64,000 bases of DNA from Guillardia theta CCMP2712 (taxonomy: Eukaryota; Protista; Cryptophyta): positions 512,592 through 576,591 of the forward strand of contig NW_005434627.1 of NCBI RefSeq assembly GCF_000315625.1, written 5' to 3'. A model generated the notes under the pieces. The model was not told where the DNA came from. It made no database searches and saw nothing but the letters and a program-made list of their open reading frames with translations. Below are positions 29,270 to 41,918 of the stretch, piece after piece; positions within the stretch are counted from its first letter, which is position 1; each line of letters starts with the position of its first letter. The translations under genes were made by a program, and so were the position numbers.

Positions 29270-30545
29270 TCGGCGGGATCGCACTGACAGCCGCCGGGGC
29301 GGCGCGGCGGCCCGGCCCGGGTACGGTCGGAGGGGCCTGGCCCCGGCCCCCGGGGGCGGCCGGGCTCAGCGGCTGGCGGCAGGTCCCCGGCCGCTATCCG
29401 CAATCACTAAGTTAGGCCCTAGTACTTCCATGATACTGACGCCGGTACGGTACTGCCTCACGGTACGCTGCCGGTACTGTACTTGAGCCTCCGACTCGGA
29501 TACTATGATACGGCGTGACCGGCGCCGTCTCACCCCGTACCGGCGTAGTACCCTGCCCGGGGCCGTTGAGTTTCCGGATCGAGTCGAGTCCGACGGGGGT
29601 ACCCGGCGGCTCGGACCGTGACTCGGTACTTCCGTACCTTACCGTCGGACGCCGCCGGGGCATTAGCCTGGTGACCGTCAGTGATCAAAGTCAGTTAGTG
29701 TCACGGCGTCATTCAATACCGTACTCACGGTCCCGGCGAGGTGTCTGGCACTGTGATCACGCCGTCGGCGGTCACCCGGCCCGGTCCGGGGAGTCCGGCG
29801 CCGCGGCCCGGCCGCCGTCGGAGCCCGGCCCCCGGCGGCGACTCGCGGCGGCCGCCGGGGCGACTGACTCAGTGAGCGCCGCGGGCCGTGGCGGGCCGCC
29901 GGGCCCGGGCTCGGGGCCCGGGCGCCGCACAGTGCACTGGCGGCAGCACAGGCAGGCTGCGGCGAGCGAGTCCGAGTGGCGGCCCGGGGCCGCCCGGCCA
30001 GGGGCCGCCCGCCGCCGGCCATTTGATCGGACCGTCCAACGCCGACCCGGCCGCGCGCCGCGGGACTCGGATGATTCAAGCCGCGGTGCCGGGCCGGGAC
30101 TCGGCCCTCTGAGTGCCGGCCGCCCGGGGTCGGGAGTCGAGTCCGCGACTCACTCCGAGTCAGCCCGGCTCAGACGGTGCCCAGTACCCAAGAGAGCGGC
30201 ACTGCGGCAAGTTCCGGCCGAAGTTCCGAAGTTGGAACTCGGAAGAGTCTAACGGCGGGTTCCGGAGCCTGCATGGTGTACCGTCGTACCGGGGGCCGGG
30301 CCCCCGGGCCGCCGGGCAGCGAGTGACTCATGAGTGCCTTGGGGCCGCGCTCAGCCGTGACCGTGGCGCGTACCGTCGTACGGGCCCACCGTCACACGGG
30401 CCCCGCCGGGGCATGCGGGCCGCGGCCACAGGCGGTACGGTAGCACTCAGTACTGAGTGGTGCCTCGGACGGCGGCAGTGGCCGGGCGTCACCCGAGTCC
30501 GGCGAGTCGGCGGGGCGGCGGGCCTTAGTTCTCAGGCGGGCCCGG
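29270..30545. other. very GC-rich, CpG-island-like noncoding tract
   Basis: Dense CCGG/GGCC/GTAC/GAGTC words with no credible protein in any frame. It lies upstream of the 29236(-) start. Confidence 0.6.
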
Positions 30546-31846
30546 TTTTGATTGCGTGGCTCAATTCCTCAATTCATCCTCCATCTTTCAAACTTGAAAG
30601 GGTTTTACTTAAGTTTCAAATATTCAGTATCGATTTTTAAAATCAAAATCTACCGTTTCATGAAAAAAAAAACCAACAAAGGCCACCCACCCCAGATACT
30701 ACCTACCCTCAGTTTACAAACTTGTCGATGACTACCCTACCACTTGCACATACACGAGTACTACTACCCCCCAACCATTCTTGCTACAACCATTTTCACC
30801 CCATATATCAAGGAGAACAACTAAATCAATTACGAGTATAATATATTTTCCACATGTCTCAATCTTCAAACATGGACAGTTGTTCTTTTACCCATCTAAC
30901 CTTATGTTGCACAGGAACCCCATGACTTACCATACCCGTGGTACAAAACATCTTTTATCACCCCTACCCCCTCTTTTCCGAGCTTGCAGAGTAGACTAAA
31001 TCGGAAGGAATTCAAAGCTGCCGCCGCCCCTCCCGCCTCCCTGCCTTATGCGCTCCGCGTGATTGATGTGGCTCTGAATCCATTCTTCTCTCCCTTCTCC
31101 TAACAATACCACATGCTTTTTCTGATACTGCATGCTATCCTTTCTATCTCTCCTTCTTTGGGATATTCTTCCTTTCAGGCCATGCATACTGCTTTCTAAA
31201 ATCCATCCTTCATCTCTTCCGCATGTCGATTTTTTCCAGTCTTGTTGCGTCGTTAGTTTCCATGCTCCCCGTTTCATCCTGTTCTTGACATGTTTGAATT
31301 GATGTTGTGCTGCAACTCCAAATATTCTTCTGCTTCCCCTGCTGGACTAAGTGTCGAAATGCTTCACCTCAACAAAAGCACGAAATCCAGATACCGCGTG
31401 TATATCCAACTCGCTATCAACTGTGTGCTGAATGACACTACCGGAATATCTGTGATAAAATCTGATTGTCTGTTGTGCTCAGCTTGCTCTCCTGCTAGTG
31501 TTGAATCATTTATGATGACCTGACAATGATGAAGTATCGGAGACACTTGGAAATGGAGCATCCCTGTTTTTGTCGTTCGCAAACCCTTTTCCGTTACTTG
31601 AGTGCTGTGTTTTCTGTGACCATTTTCTTCTTCGTATGACCATGGTGTGCTTTTGTATCACCTCTCATATCATTTTGGTATATGTGTTGTATGTAGAGTG
31701 GATATCTGGAACTCCAATTCTGTCCTTCAAGGTTGTTATGTTAATGTTTCTTAACCTAGATCTTGCGTAGTATCAACAGTTGTAGCATCATTGATGTTAT
31801 TTGAGTTTGAAAACTTGGCATGGAATAATCAATCAGTGCAGGTACG

Positions 31847-32287
31847 ATGCCAAGGACAATTCAATATAGTGAGAAGTATAATGACGATATGTATGAATAC
31901 AGGTTGGTTTAATGTTGGATGATACCGACTGTTTTTTGACTTCTGTTTCCTAGGCATGTGATTCTCCCTTCTGAAGTGGCAAGGATGTGTCCAAAGAACA
32001 AACTTCTGTCTGAGACAGAGTGGAGAAATCTTGGAGTTCAACAATCACGGGGATGGGAGCATTACGCGATCCACAAGTACAAGTTCTTTGGTGATGGCAA
32101 TGGATGATCTTTCCATTTCGCAGGCCGGAGCCGCACATCCTTTTGTTTCGTCGTCCCATTGGCACAGATCCGGTGAATCAAGATTCACTCTCAGTGAAAG
32201 TCCTGATACAGTCTTCAGCTCACTGGTAAAGTGCCCGAGAATTTTAAGCCTCGGTCAGCCAACGAACAAGTAGTCGAAGCGCACTGA
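31847..32287 (+). CDS. CKS1: cyclin-dependent kinase regulatory subunit CKS1 (4 exons, 98 aa)
   Basis: Exons 31847-31902, 31954-32076, 32124-32172 and 32219-32287 (all GT-AG) give [76 protein letters not shown]... Confidence 0.95.
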
Positions 32288-32429
32288 GAAGACTGACTCA
32301 AGAGGTTTCTGTTGTGAATGTTGGTGACGATTTGAATTGATTTTATCCTTTTTTTCAGGGATTTTAACTTTGTAACATTTGAACCATTCAACCTTGTATG
32401 ATCGAAATCCGAACGCCTAGTGCAAGCAT

Positions 32430-34170
32430 TGCAAATTACTAATTATGCATTGGTATCAATGCTCAATGCGGCACGGCGAGTAAGAGCATTGACTTGCTTC
32501 TGCCTTTTATCGAAAATGAACATTCCCTTCCTCATCCACCTGTCCCAAAAATCTTGTCAGAATGTCGTTGTGAAGGACTGTTTATGACATTTGCTTCTTC
32601 CTTGAACCATTCTCCCCTTTCCAAGGTGTTCCTCAGCTCTATAGTTTCTGTACTTGGTTGAATGCCTTTTGATTCCAGCGACCTTGCCAACTGAACCATC
32701 ATCGTCAGAATGTTGTGAAGACGTGAGTACTTGCCTGTAGAGCTCGGTCTGTTTCCCCTCCGTTGGCCAATGCTGTTATCAATGCATTGTAGGTGAGAAC
32801 GTCAGGTTGCAAACCCTTCCCTGCCCGACACTCAACATGAGGTAGTGTTTCCCGCACAATGAATACTCTTCATTGCTTCGTAATGTGTGACAGCCTGCAA
32901 GAATTGGTGTGAGCTGATGAGCTGAGCATGAAGAGCATCATCTCATTTCCTTGTCCCATTGTCGCAGCATTGCCTGCAAATCCAACATCAGCATTAACGA
33001 GCCAGCATTTCGTCACTATCACGTGAGCTATCATGATGCAATTGGCTGTTGTGATATCCGGATTCACACTTTTCGATGAACCTGTCATTTGAAAAATGTA
33101 GGCAGTGAACTCAAACCTTAGAGTGCTTTCAGCCTCTTCTATCACCTGCCATGTTTTATCAAAACCTGTACGAATGTTCCACAGATGTTCGCACCCGTTC
33201 CCATTCTCCTGCTGCGCAGTATGCAGACAGAAGCGCGTTGAAGCTTGGAATCCATTAATATACCAGATAGCGGATTCAATCATTTAAGCACCTTGTTGTA
33301 TCTGGCTTCACACCCGAAGCTTTTAGTTCCTCGAACAGCTTCTTTGCCTGGTAACATCGTTATTGACACAACTCTGCCTATTGCAAATGACCTTTGCAAG
33401 CTCGCCGGATGCTGCGCAGGCAGCCATGGCAGAATTGAAAGACAGGCTGTAATGAATCGACACATGCAACGGAGGTATATGTTAGCCAGCCTGAGCTATT
33501 TGTCAAATTCTTACCTGTCCGGTTTCAGGCCCTGAATTTTCATCTCATTCAGATATCGCAAAGCTGGCTCCCAGAGTCCACCTCTAGAGTTTCATGTTAA
33601 TGCTCAGATCGCAAGAGTCCATTAGATACTTGGCAAACGATCCTATGACTGCATTGTATGTGACTTCGTCTGGTTCTATTCCTTCATTTTGCATGTCGCG
33701 AATGAGACGAACGGCTTGCTCATATAGTCCCCCTTTTGCACACGATCCAATGACCTGTATCAAAAACTCACAGATGAAGTCATCTGATAAGATCCAACAG
33801 CGTTATAGGTATATTTGTCGGGTTTTAGTCCCTCCGCAAGAATCTCTTGGTACCTGTAGCGATGATCAAATTAGGGTGCGAGCATTCGATGACATACAGC
33901 TCCAGGCAATTTTTCCAGCTTCCTTTCTTCCAGCACTCATACAAGGCCTCATTGTATCTTGCGAGTGGGATGGGTTGACCGATCTGCCGTGCTTGGGCGA
34001 TCCGATGCAAAATGGAATCAGCGGTAGAGTGTTGTGCTTCTGAAGGCCCTCCTCCTCTCAAGTTTTCTCTTGGCAGCAGCAAGCTGTTGAGAGGAAATGA
34101 GTGTGAAGTTATTCCTGACTTTGATGATCAACCTGAACCGACACAGCAATCCAACCACAGCAACGCTCAT
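32430..34170 (-). CDS. pentatricopeptide repeat (PPR) protein; multi-exon
   Basis: Exons encode VIGSCAKGGLYEQAVRLIRDMQNEGIEPDEVTYNAVIGSFAK, GGLWEPALRYLNEMKIQGLKPD and GLQPDVLTYNALITALAN. The 3' end is approximate. Confidence 0.8.
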
Positions 34171-35374
34171 ATTGCGTCTCCTCGTTTCACCATAAAGCCT
34201 GAGCCAAGTAGAGCACGGTTCAGTGATGCGGCCCCCCGGAGCCGGTCGCCGGAGCCGTAATGTGGTGCCACACGGTGACCGGGTCACGGGCCCGTCCATC
34301 GACGGCCCGCCGGGCGGCAAATCGGGCCGCACCGGGTCACGCGTACTGAGCAAAGAATCCGGCGCATGTGACACAAGGCCCACCGACCGGTTGCAAGCTC
34401 GAAGCTATGGGTTTCAAGCTGAGCTCTCAGGATGAGGAGGAGAGTGAGGAGCAAGCCTAGGAGCCCCAGGGGGAGCAGCAAGACACTGGATGGCTGGAGC
34501 TCAGCGACATCGACAGGACCACCATGGAAGCTGACGGTCACCGTTAGGGCCAGTCGATCAACAGGTCTTGGTCGACCTCTCGACGATGCTCTTGGAGACA
34601 TCAGAGGAGGAGCTGAAGGGCGATATTGCGACCGTCCGTATCCAAGACCCACCAACAAGGACAAGATTGCAGCGTATATCGCTTGCAAACCACGCTCTGA
34701 TGCCTGAGCTGTCGTTTGAGCTTTAGACCGCCTCCATACGACCACTGCTTGCTGACTCTGAGATATGTTCCGACAAGTCATCGTACTAGAGCCGGGCGAT
34801 GAGCGAGGACCAACTGGGATCCGTGGTGGAGGAAGAGAAGGGTGGAGAAGACGAAGAAGCAGGAGAACCACGATCAAACGATCGAGGTTGAATATATCTA
34901 TCAAACAAAGAGTAATAATGTCAGCAAGAAGGAGTAATCAGAGTAAACCGTAAAACAAGTGTCTCTCAGATAGCACCTGGGTGTAGCAGTTGAGATAGTG
35001 CAGCAACTCTCTCGGCTATCTCGCGAGGCTCCTCTGGCCAAGGGGCTCAGTGAGATGGGGTGGTACAACATGAGTCAGAGAGTAGTCCCCTTGTTGGAAG
35101 TTTGCGTCTTCGAAGTACTGATGAGGGGTTGTATTCCCAGCACTTGGTCTGGAGAAGGTGAGGTCACCTCCCAGCTACTTGTGTTGTCTCTGCGGCTGCG
35201 CTATTGCTGCTGTTGCAAGCATTGCTTGGCGACCCTCTCTCCACCTAAGACCAGCATCAGGAAACTATCGCTGACTCATTTCCCTTTCTCTCGATCCGAT
35301 CTGAATGTTCCCCGCTTCCTTCTCATTTGCAACTCATTGGATTCAGAGGATCTCTCTCAGCATCTCTTGCTTTG

Positions 35375-35513
35375 TGTTGTATACACAACACAGAGATTGT
35401 TGACGTCACGAGGAAAGTAAGGATGAAGAAGATAGGGAAGCAGAAGATAGTAAGGAGTATCCAGCGGAGTATCTGACGAGTATCCGTGGTTCCAGTTCCT
35501 CATGGATACAACA
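35375..35513 (-). mobile_element. solo LTR (139 bp) with 5-bp TSD CTTTG
   Basis: TGTTGTAT...ATACAACA termini; CTTTG at 35370-35374 and 35514-35518. It is homologous to the LTR at 54802-54987. Confidence 0.85.
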
Positions 35514-37352
35514 CTTTGCCCCTTTCATTCGAGCGAGATGACTGAAGATACCATACCCTGGTACAGCAGTGATCGCCTTTGATCCATCAGCATTTAAGCA
35601 TGATACCTCAGCTCAGCTGTCAAGCTTGTTTCTCCTGCATCAAAGGTGCCTTTATCAAATATCACCTCAAGAGGATGACACCTGATGGCCGCCAATCTTC
35701 GTTGTCATGAGCAGCATACGTCACTGCTCTTGCTCCTGCCAGCCATCAATACCTGTGATACTAAGGGTGATCTAGGTCCACTGTCTCACCCATTGGCGAT
35801 CATTGATCTCTATGTATTTGGAGATCCATTGTCATCAACACATCAGTATGATGATGCGCTACACCTGACTACCAGTGCTCAGTGAGCTCGACTACCACTT
35901 GACTCCAAGTCCAGTTGGCGTGCACACCTCACTGACTCGGCAGGAGTCATAACGAACCGTTCTGGGTCCGGAGCCGCGTTCTGAGAGCAGTGCTGATGTG
36001 ACTGGCAGTGCTGAAGGAAGTTTCTACTTCGAACAAGCTTGATCTCGATCCATGGTGATGTGTTTGTGGCGGTGAGAGAGCCTCGGAGAGACAGACAGAC
36101 AGAGAGGGAGGAAGGAAGGGAGGGAGAGAGGGAGCTCCGGCGGTAGCTTGTAGAACCTGTAGGCGCAGGGAACTGAACTGCACTGCTTGCCCGGACATGA
36201 TGAGGTTTTATCTTGTTCTTGTCTGAAAAACATGATCGGCCGGGCTCCGTATTCCTACAAAGATGTTCAAATGCATCAGCCGTCCCTGGACAGACTCTTG
36301 GACTACCCCCTTGTCTACGAAATACCACCCCTGCTCCGAGTCAATATTGGAGTCTCTCCCATGAATAATGTCTCCTCATCTTCCTTCCTCTGTGTCTAAG
36401 CTTCGTGATTTGCATGTTGCTAGCTTATCAAAAAATAGTGTACTTCTCTGCTGCCTCCTCTTTGGGGCTTGTCTTCTACCCCCTGCTGATTTGTACCCCC
36501 TCCTTGTACACAGACCAGAGGTACCTACGTACAAAACAACCTACCCCCTGAACCTCCAGTCCTGAACACTTCCCGACTTCCTGATCGCCCTTGCCCCCCC
36601 CACGACTCTCGCGCACGCCTCCTCCCTGCTGCCCATGCCTGCCCCCAAGTCTCTCCATCCTCAGCGCGTCGTTATGAAGAAACGTAAGTATGAGTTCCTC
36701 CTCGAAGTCATTGGAGATGATGCCCCTCGGTGCGTATTCTTGTTTCGGAAGGAATGAACAGCACAGTGACTTACCTGTGCAGCATCTGGGATCTAACCCG
36801 TGGGAAGACAAGTAAGATTGTTGATGAGCTAAGTAAGCGTTTCGAATAGTTATTACCGTCGCACATCTGTTCAGGCCGCCCTGGCATCTTACGCGGCGGT
36901 CAATAAACCTCTCACAGATCTTCGTTCTCCTTCTTGCCGCCGTGGCAGTGCTCACTGGGCCTGGCTCCTGCTGGGCTTGAAGGCTTTTATTTAAGTGCTC
37001 CGCTCCAACCTTTCCCTTTTCCTCGTGCTATCCATTGCTGCCTGCTGGGCGATGATCCTCGTCGGTGGAAGTTCGCAGCCCATCTAACGAGGCCTCCTGC
37101 ACTTTGCCCTTCTGCTCGGCTTCTTCGACGCGTGCAGCGACCTGCTGCAGCAACTGTGTCCTCTCGTCCTGAGCGCTCATCTTCTCCCCCAGCAGCTTCA
37201 TGTCTCCCTCCAGGCCCGCAACTCACCCATGCAGCGCCTCCTCCAAGTTCTTCCCCTTCAGGCTCTGCAGGTTCGCCAAGTCGTCCAAACGTCGAGAAAT
37301 CTGTCCCCCTTGGTCCACGCGCGAGCCCTTGAGCTTTTCAATGTCCTTTGAT

Positions 37353-37575
37353 TCACGGGGATGGGAGCATTACGCGATCCACAAGTACAAGTTCTTTGGT
37401 GATGGCAATGGATGATCTTTCCATTTCGCAGGCCGGAGCCGCACATCCTTTTGTTTCGTCGTCCCATTGGCACAGATCCGGTGAATCAAGATTCACTCTC
37501 AGTGAAAGTCCTGATGCAGTCTTCAGCTCACTGGTAAAGTGCCCGAGAATTTTAAGCCTCGGTCAGCCAACGAAC
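37353..37575 (+). pseudogene. CKS1: partial, intron-retaining duplicate of CKS1
   Basis: 223-bp near-identical copy of 32045-32267 (one substitution seen), including two introns. Confidence 0.9.
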
Positions 37576-37792
37576 TAGCATCGCGAATATTGATTGGCGA
37601 GGGCTTCTTAGAGGGACCATTTGTGTTTAATGAATGGAAGTTTGAGGCAATAACAGGTCTGTGATGCCCTTAGATGTTCTGGGCCGCACGCGCGCTACAC
37701 TGATGAACGCAACGAGCTCGACCCTGAACCGAAAGGCCTGGGTAAACTTGTGAAAGTTCATCGTGATGGGGATAGATTATTGCAATTATTAA

Positions 37793-37840
<48 letters not shown>

Positions 37841-37841
37841 T

Positions 37842-37901
<60 letters not shown>

Positions 37902-37954
37902 ATCTTCGGATTGCTGGCCATTTGCCGCAAGGTGAGTGGTTGCGAGAAGTTGAT

Positions 37955-38025
<71 letters not shown>

Positions 38026-38026
38026 G
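37576..38026 (+). rRNA. 18S: 3' fragment of eukaryotic 18S rRNA (dispersed, truncated)
   Basis: GCAATAACAGGTCTGTGATGCCCTTAGA, GTACACACCGCCCGTC and TAACAAGGTTTCCGTAGGTGAACCTGCGGAAGGATCATT. Confidence 0.97.
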
Positions 38027-38150
38027 ACACCTAAGCATCCATACCAACCCGTGCGAACCACAGGCCGTGACGCGGGGAACGCGGCGAGACCCGGCCCGGA
38101 GGGGGAGGCCCGCGAGAGCGGGGGGAACCGGCCGGGGTCGCGGGCCCTTA
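38027..38150 (+). other. ITS1 fragment (no 5.8S follows)
   Basis: GC-rich sequence directly after the 18S 3' end, then an abrupt switch to AT-rich DNA. Confidence 0.75.
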
Positions 38151-38314
38151 GCGTGTGTTATATATTTTGCGGTTTCACCCCAGTGAAGTTTTTGGCATCA
38201 TAATGGTGAGCGTTTTAGAATATTTGATGTGTAACGTAAATATTCTAAAAAGCTTAATGTTATGGTGTGAAAAAATGAATTTTTTCTTTTCAAGAAAATG
38301 AATTTTTTCTTGAA

Positions 38315-38452
38315 TTTAGGGTTTAGGGTTTAGGGTTTAGGGTTTAGGTTTCAAGGCTTCTCAGAAATTTGGTTTGCTGCAAGCGACCTTGTTTAGGGTT
38401 TAGGGTTTAGGGTTTAGGGTTTAGGGTTTAGGGTTTAGGGTTTAGGGTTTAG
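38315..38452 (+). repeat. interstitial telomeric (TTTAGGG)n tracts
   Basis: About 5 units at 38315-38348 and about 9 units at 38391-38452. Confidence 0.95.
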
Positions 38453-38979
38453 AGGCACCATGGCTGCACGAAGGCACCATGGCTGCACGTAGGCACCATG
38501 GCTGCACACAGGCACCATGGCTGCACGAAGGCACCATGGCTGCACGCGTGGTGTAGGGGAAGCCGCCAGGGCGCCAAGGAAGCTGCAAGCGAGAGGTTTG
38601 TATACTTCAAATAGCTTTCTAAGTATGGTTCTTCAGTATGATGAAAATGTTCGCAACATGCTGTATCGGAGATCATGCCAATACACGCAGGGCGAGCTTG
38701 TGGATGCCGCGGTCCTCGAAGCTGATCTTGTCGAGAAAGTGAAGAGCTTCGCGAAGCGGTATCCGAACAGTAGGACAGCTCAGGCTTGCAAGGCTGTTGA
38801 GGGATGCACCCCCGACGCTATAGCAATGACTGGATGGAGTGACGAACGAGGTGACTTCCTTCATCTCCATGACTCTCCTGGGCATCTCCTCGGTGTATGT
38901 CAACCATGAAGAGAAGCTGAAGAACTTCGGAAATTCGAAGAGATCGGACTGATCGTTCTACTTCTGCTGTCTTCTCTTG

Positions 38980-39263
38980 GCTTCCTCAGCCTCAGTCAGG
39001 AGAGTTGCCTCTCCTCACCTTGGCCTTCGGTCGCCACCTACTCTACCTCCATTCAGCTTCCTCAGCCTCAGTCAGGAGAGTTGCCTCTCCTCACCTTGGC
39101 CTTCGGTCGCCACCTACTCTACCTCCATTCAGCTTCCTCAGCCTCAGTCAGGAGAGTTGCCTCTCCTCACCTTGGCCTTCGGTCGCCACCTACTCCTCCT
39201 CCATTCAGCTTCCTCAGCCTCAGTCAGGAGAGTTGCCTCTCCTCACCTTGGCCTTCGGTCGCC
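38980..39263 (-). repeat. 76-bp tandem repeat (~3.7 copies) of the retroelement 3' region
   Basis: The same unit occurs at 49553-49836 and 53243-53375 on the + strand. Confidence 0.9.
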
Positions 39264-39814
39264 TCCTACCTTCTCTCCTTACCTTGAGCTCAGCTCAAGC
39301 TCGGTACGGGCTCGCCCCGTCTTCTTCCTCGCCCTCGCCTTGCTCTTCCTCCATGTCTTCCTCTTCTTCGTCATCTTCCCTCATCTCCACCCGCAGTCGG
39401 TCCTTCTTGTCCACTGGGCCTTCAGCGAGCAGGCCAGCACATGCATCTCTGCGAATTTACTCAGTGCTATGAACAGGAAGCTAAGAGATCGACGCTCTAT
39501 GTCGTCGCTCTCCGCCTCCTGCTCAAGCTCAGCAGCTGCCGTTGCCCGTGGCGAGAACGCGCTGCCCCTCCTTGCCTTCTTGCTCTCTCCTTGCACGCGA
39601 GTCCAGCGCTTGCTCTGCAGCCACTTCCCCAGCTTCTCCTTGAGAACGTTGCGTCCCACTCCCTGCTCCTCTGGCGTCTTCGCCCACTCTCCCAGCGACA
39701 TGAACTCCCTTGTCCTGCCTCCATTGTGATCCTCTCCAGGTCTGTGAACTCCAGCCACTCTCCCTCGCTCTCCGCCTGTCGCTGCGCTGCGTCGCTGGTG
39801 CCCCGCTGACCAGC

Positions 39815-41918
39815 CATTCTGGGGTCAAACCGCGGTAGTCGAACTTAACGCAAAAGAGGAATGCGTATGCTGTTCTCATAGGATACCGGTGGTAGTGTAC
39901 CCCTTGGTTTTTGAGGGGTGTTGCTCGGTAATATCAGTGGTAGGGGTGCTTCATATTTTGAACTGGCGTGTCCATTTGTTTTAACGACAATGAATTGTTT
40001 ATTCGAATACATAGTACAAACAGTTGTACTGTGTAACGGTTCATAACTGCTAATTTGTATCATCTAAAACAATTTTGATGACCCACCCTCATCGACAGGG
40101 TGGGGAAACGCTCCCCATCATTCCCATCGTCAATCGCACACCGACATGCTGAGCCGCCGGGCGAGCACAGCAGCAAGGTCAACGAGCTGCCGCCATGAGC
40201 ACAGATGAAGGACCGCCGAGTAAGAAGATGATCGCAAGGTACACTTGGCATCAAGAATCCAGCACAAATTCTTACTTGGTGATCTTGCAGAAGTGGATCA
40301 ATCAGCATGAGTTCGTCATCCTACATTTCCGACGACTAAGTCAATCGTATCATCAATGTTCTCTTCAAGACTTCTGGGCTCTCAGAGTAATGTACTTTAT
40401 CTAAAGACTCTCATGAACTGAATGATAATATCTGTAAGATCATGACGAGTCCGCTTAATTAAGGCGCAATCACATCTCACTTGACCCCCTCCTTGGCACG
40501 TCTTCTGTACGCTTCGTTACATCGTTGCTTCACATCTTCAGAACTTGAAGTTTGATGATATTTGATTCTTTAAAATATGCCAATTAGTTGACTCTGAGTC
40601 ACGAAGCTCTTGTTGAAGTATCTTCCCTCCTCTCTCCAAACTCTCCTCACTCAGGTCCTTTGGATGTTTGCACATTTGCTGAAATGCATGAACTTTGCTT
40701 TGCTTCCCTAAAGGCGGAGCTTGACGTCCAATTAAGCCTCAGATCATATCAGGGATCAAGTCTTGAGCTTGTAAGCTGGCATGCAAGAATCTATTGTGCG
40801 TTGCAACCAGACTGACATGGCCGCGTTGAATGTAGAATCAAGGTTGGAGGTGTTATGTGATTTGACATTTCTTATTCATTAGAAGCATTTATCTCAGCAT
40901 GTCGAACTACCAGCAAATTGACACGGACTCCCAGTCAATGATAATGACAACCACAATAGCATATGGAATGTCTCCAACTGCGCGCACAACAGAATGGAAG
41001 CACATCATGCTGCAGGTGCACTGCCATCCAACACCGTGCCGTTGGATTTGCTGTCTTCAAGAGTTGTCTACATTGTTTGTCATAAAGCGGCAAGGCTTTG
41101 AGCATGTGGACATGGATATATACAAGACTATGCATCTTTACAAAGTGTTTTTAAGTCATGCAACAAGAGATGCATCATTCAAAGGCGGAGAAGTTCAAAC
41201 ATGATGTGAAAAAGTCATGTGGCACAGTGAAGCATCTCTCATAAATATGATATTCCATCCAGCACATGAAGATGAAGGTCTTCGTGGAATAAAGGTCTTG
41301 GAATCTTGTAATACGTTTCAGCTGCAACCATTCAGAACCTAGTTCTCAACATCGCCAAGCTTTTGCTACCTGTTCACAACGATTAGAAAATGAACAATCC
41401 ACAGAAGAACTCTCTACCTGTGTGATGGAATGGGTTCATTTTCACCTTCTTCTCTCACAAAATACTTTCGAGTCTCTTCATGCTCGTGTGTGTTCGTGGT
41501 ATACTCGTCCCCTTCCATAGAAACAGACAACCGGCACAGAGGTTTTGACGAAGAGAGATGTTGATGAGGCTCACCTGCTGCGAGTGACTGCAACTTGGGC
41601 AAACATGCTCGCACAAAACTCAAACACTGAAGACAAGGATCGGCAGAGAAGAGCTTCGCGACATGAGAGAGGTATGGTGAGGGGAGACGCGCTGGGGTAG
41701 TGGGTGAAGGCGTGTAGAATTAAAACATTTTAGAAGGTACCAGGAAACGATGAGCTAAACATCCAAAATCAATTTTAATCACGGTTTTGAATATGGTTTG
41801 AATTTGAACAGTACAAAATTTCAACCTGCGCGAATCACACACCGTGTACCCCCATTTTCCCATTCACCACCCCCTTGAGAATATAGGACGAAAACTACCG
41901 CGGTTTGACCCCAGAATG
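39815..41918. mobile_element. degenerate DNA transposon with 25-bp perfect TIRs and 3-bp TSD AGC
   Basis: CATTCTGGGGTCAAACCGCGGTAGT at both ends, inverted. AGC at 39812-39814 and 41919-41921. The empty site GAGGCGGCTGGTCAG is present in the copies at ~44233 and ~52584. Confidence 0.92.

Noticed and set aside
29184-30640. Arg/Gly/Pro-rich ORFs in the GC island, and poly-amino-acid or antisense ORFs across 1-25 kb
   Set aside because: They are artefacts of GC content, intronic microsatellites or shadows of real genes.
30996-31780. Possible degenerate retroelement 3' fragment on the minus strand
   Set aside because: All frames are interrupted and no diagnostic motif or defined ends were found.
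35620-35680. VIFDKGTFDA methyltransferase-like motif on the minus strand
   Set aside because: It is an isolated motif within stop-ridden sequence, too little to call a gene.
37576-38150. Functional rDNA unit
   Set aside because: Only the last ~450 nt of 18S and part of ITS1 are present; there is no 5.8S or 28S.
38453-38547. 19-20 bp and 76-bp repeats as a CRISPR array
   Set aside because: They are direct tandem repeats without unique spacers, there are no cas genes, and the context is eukaryotic.
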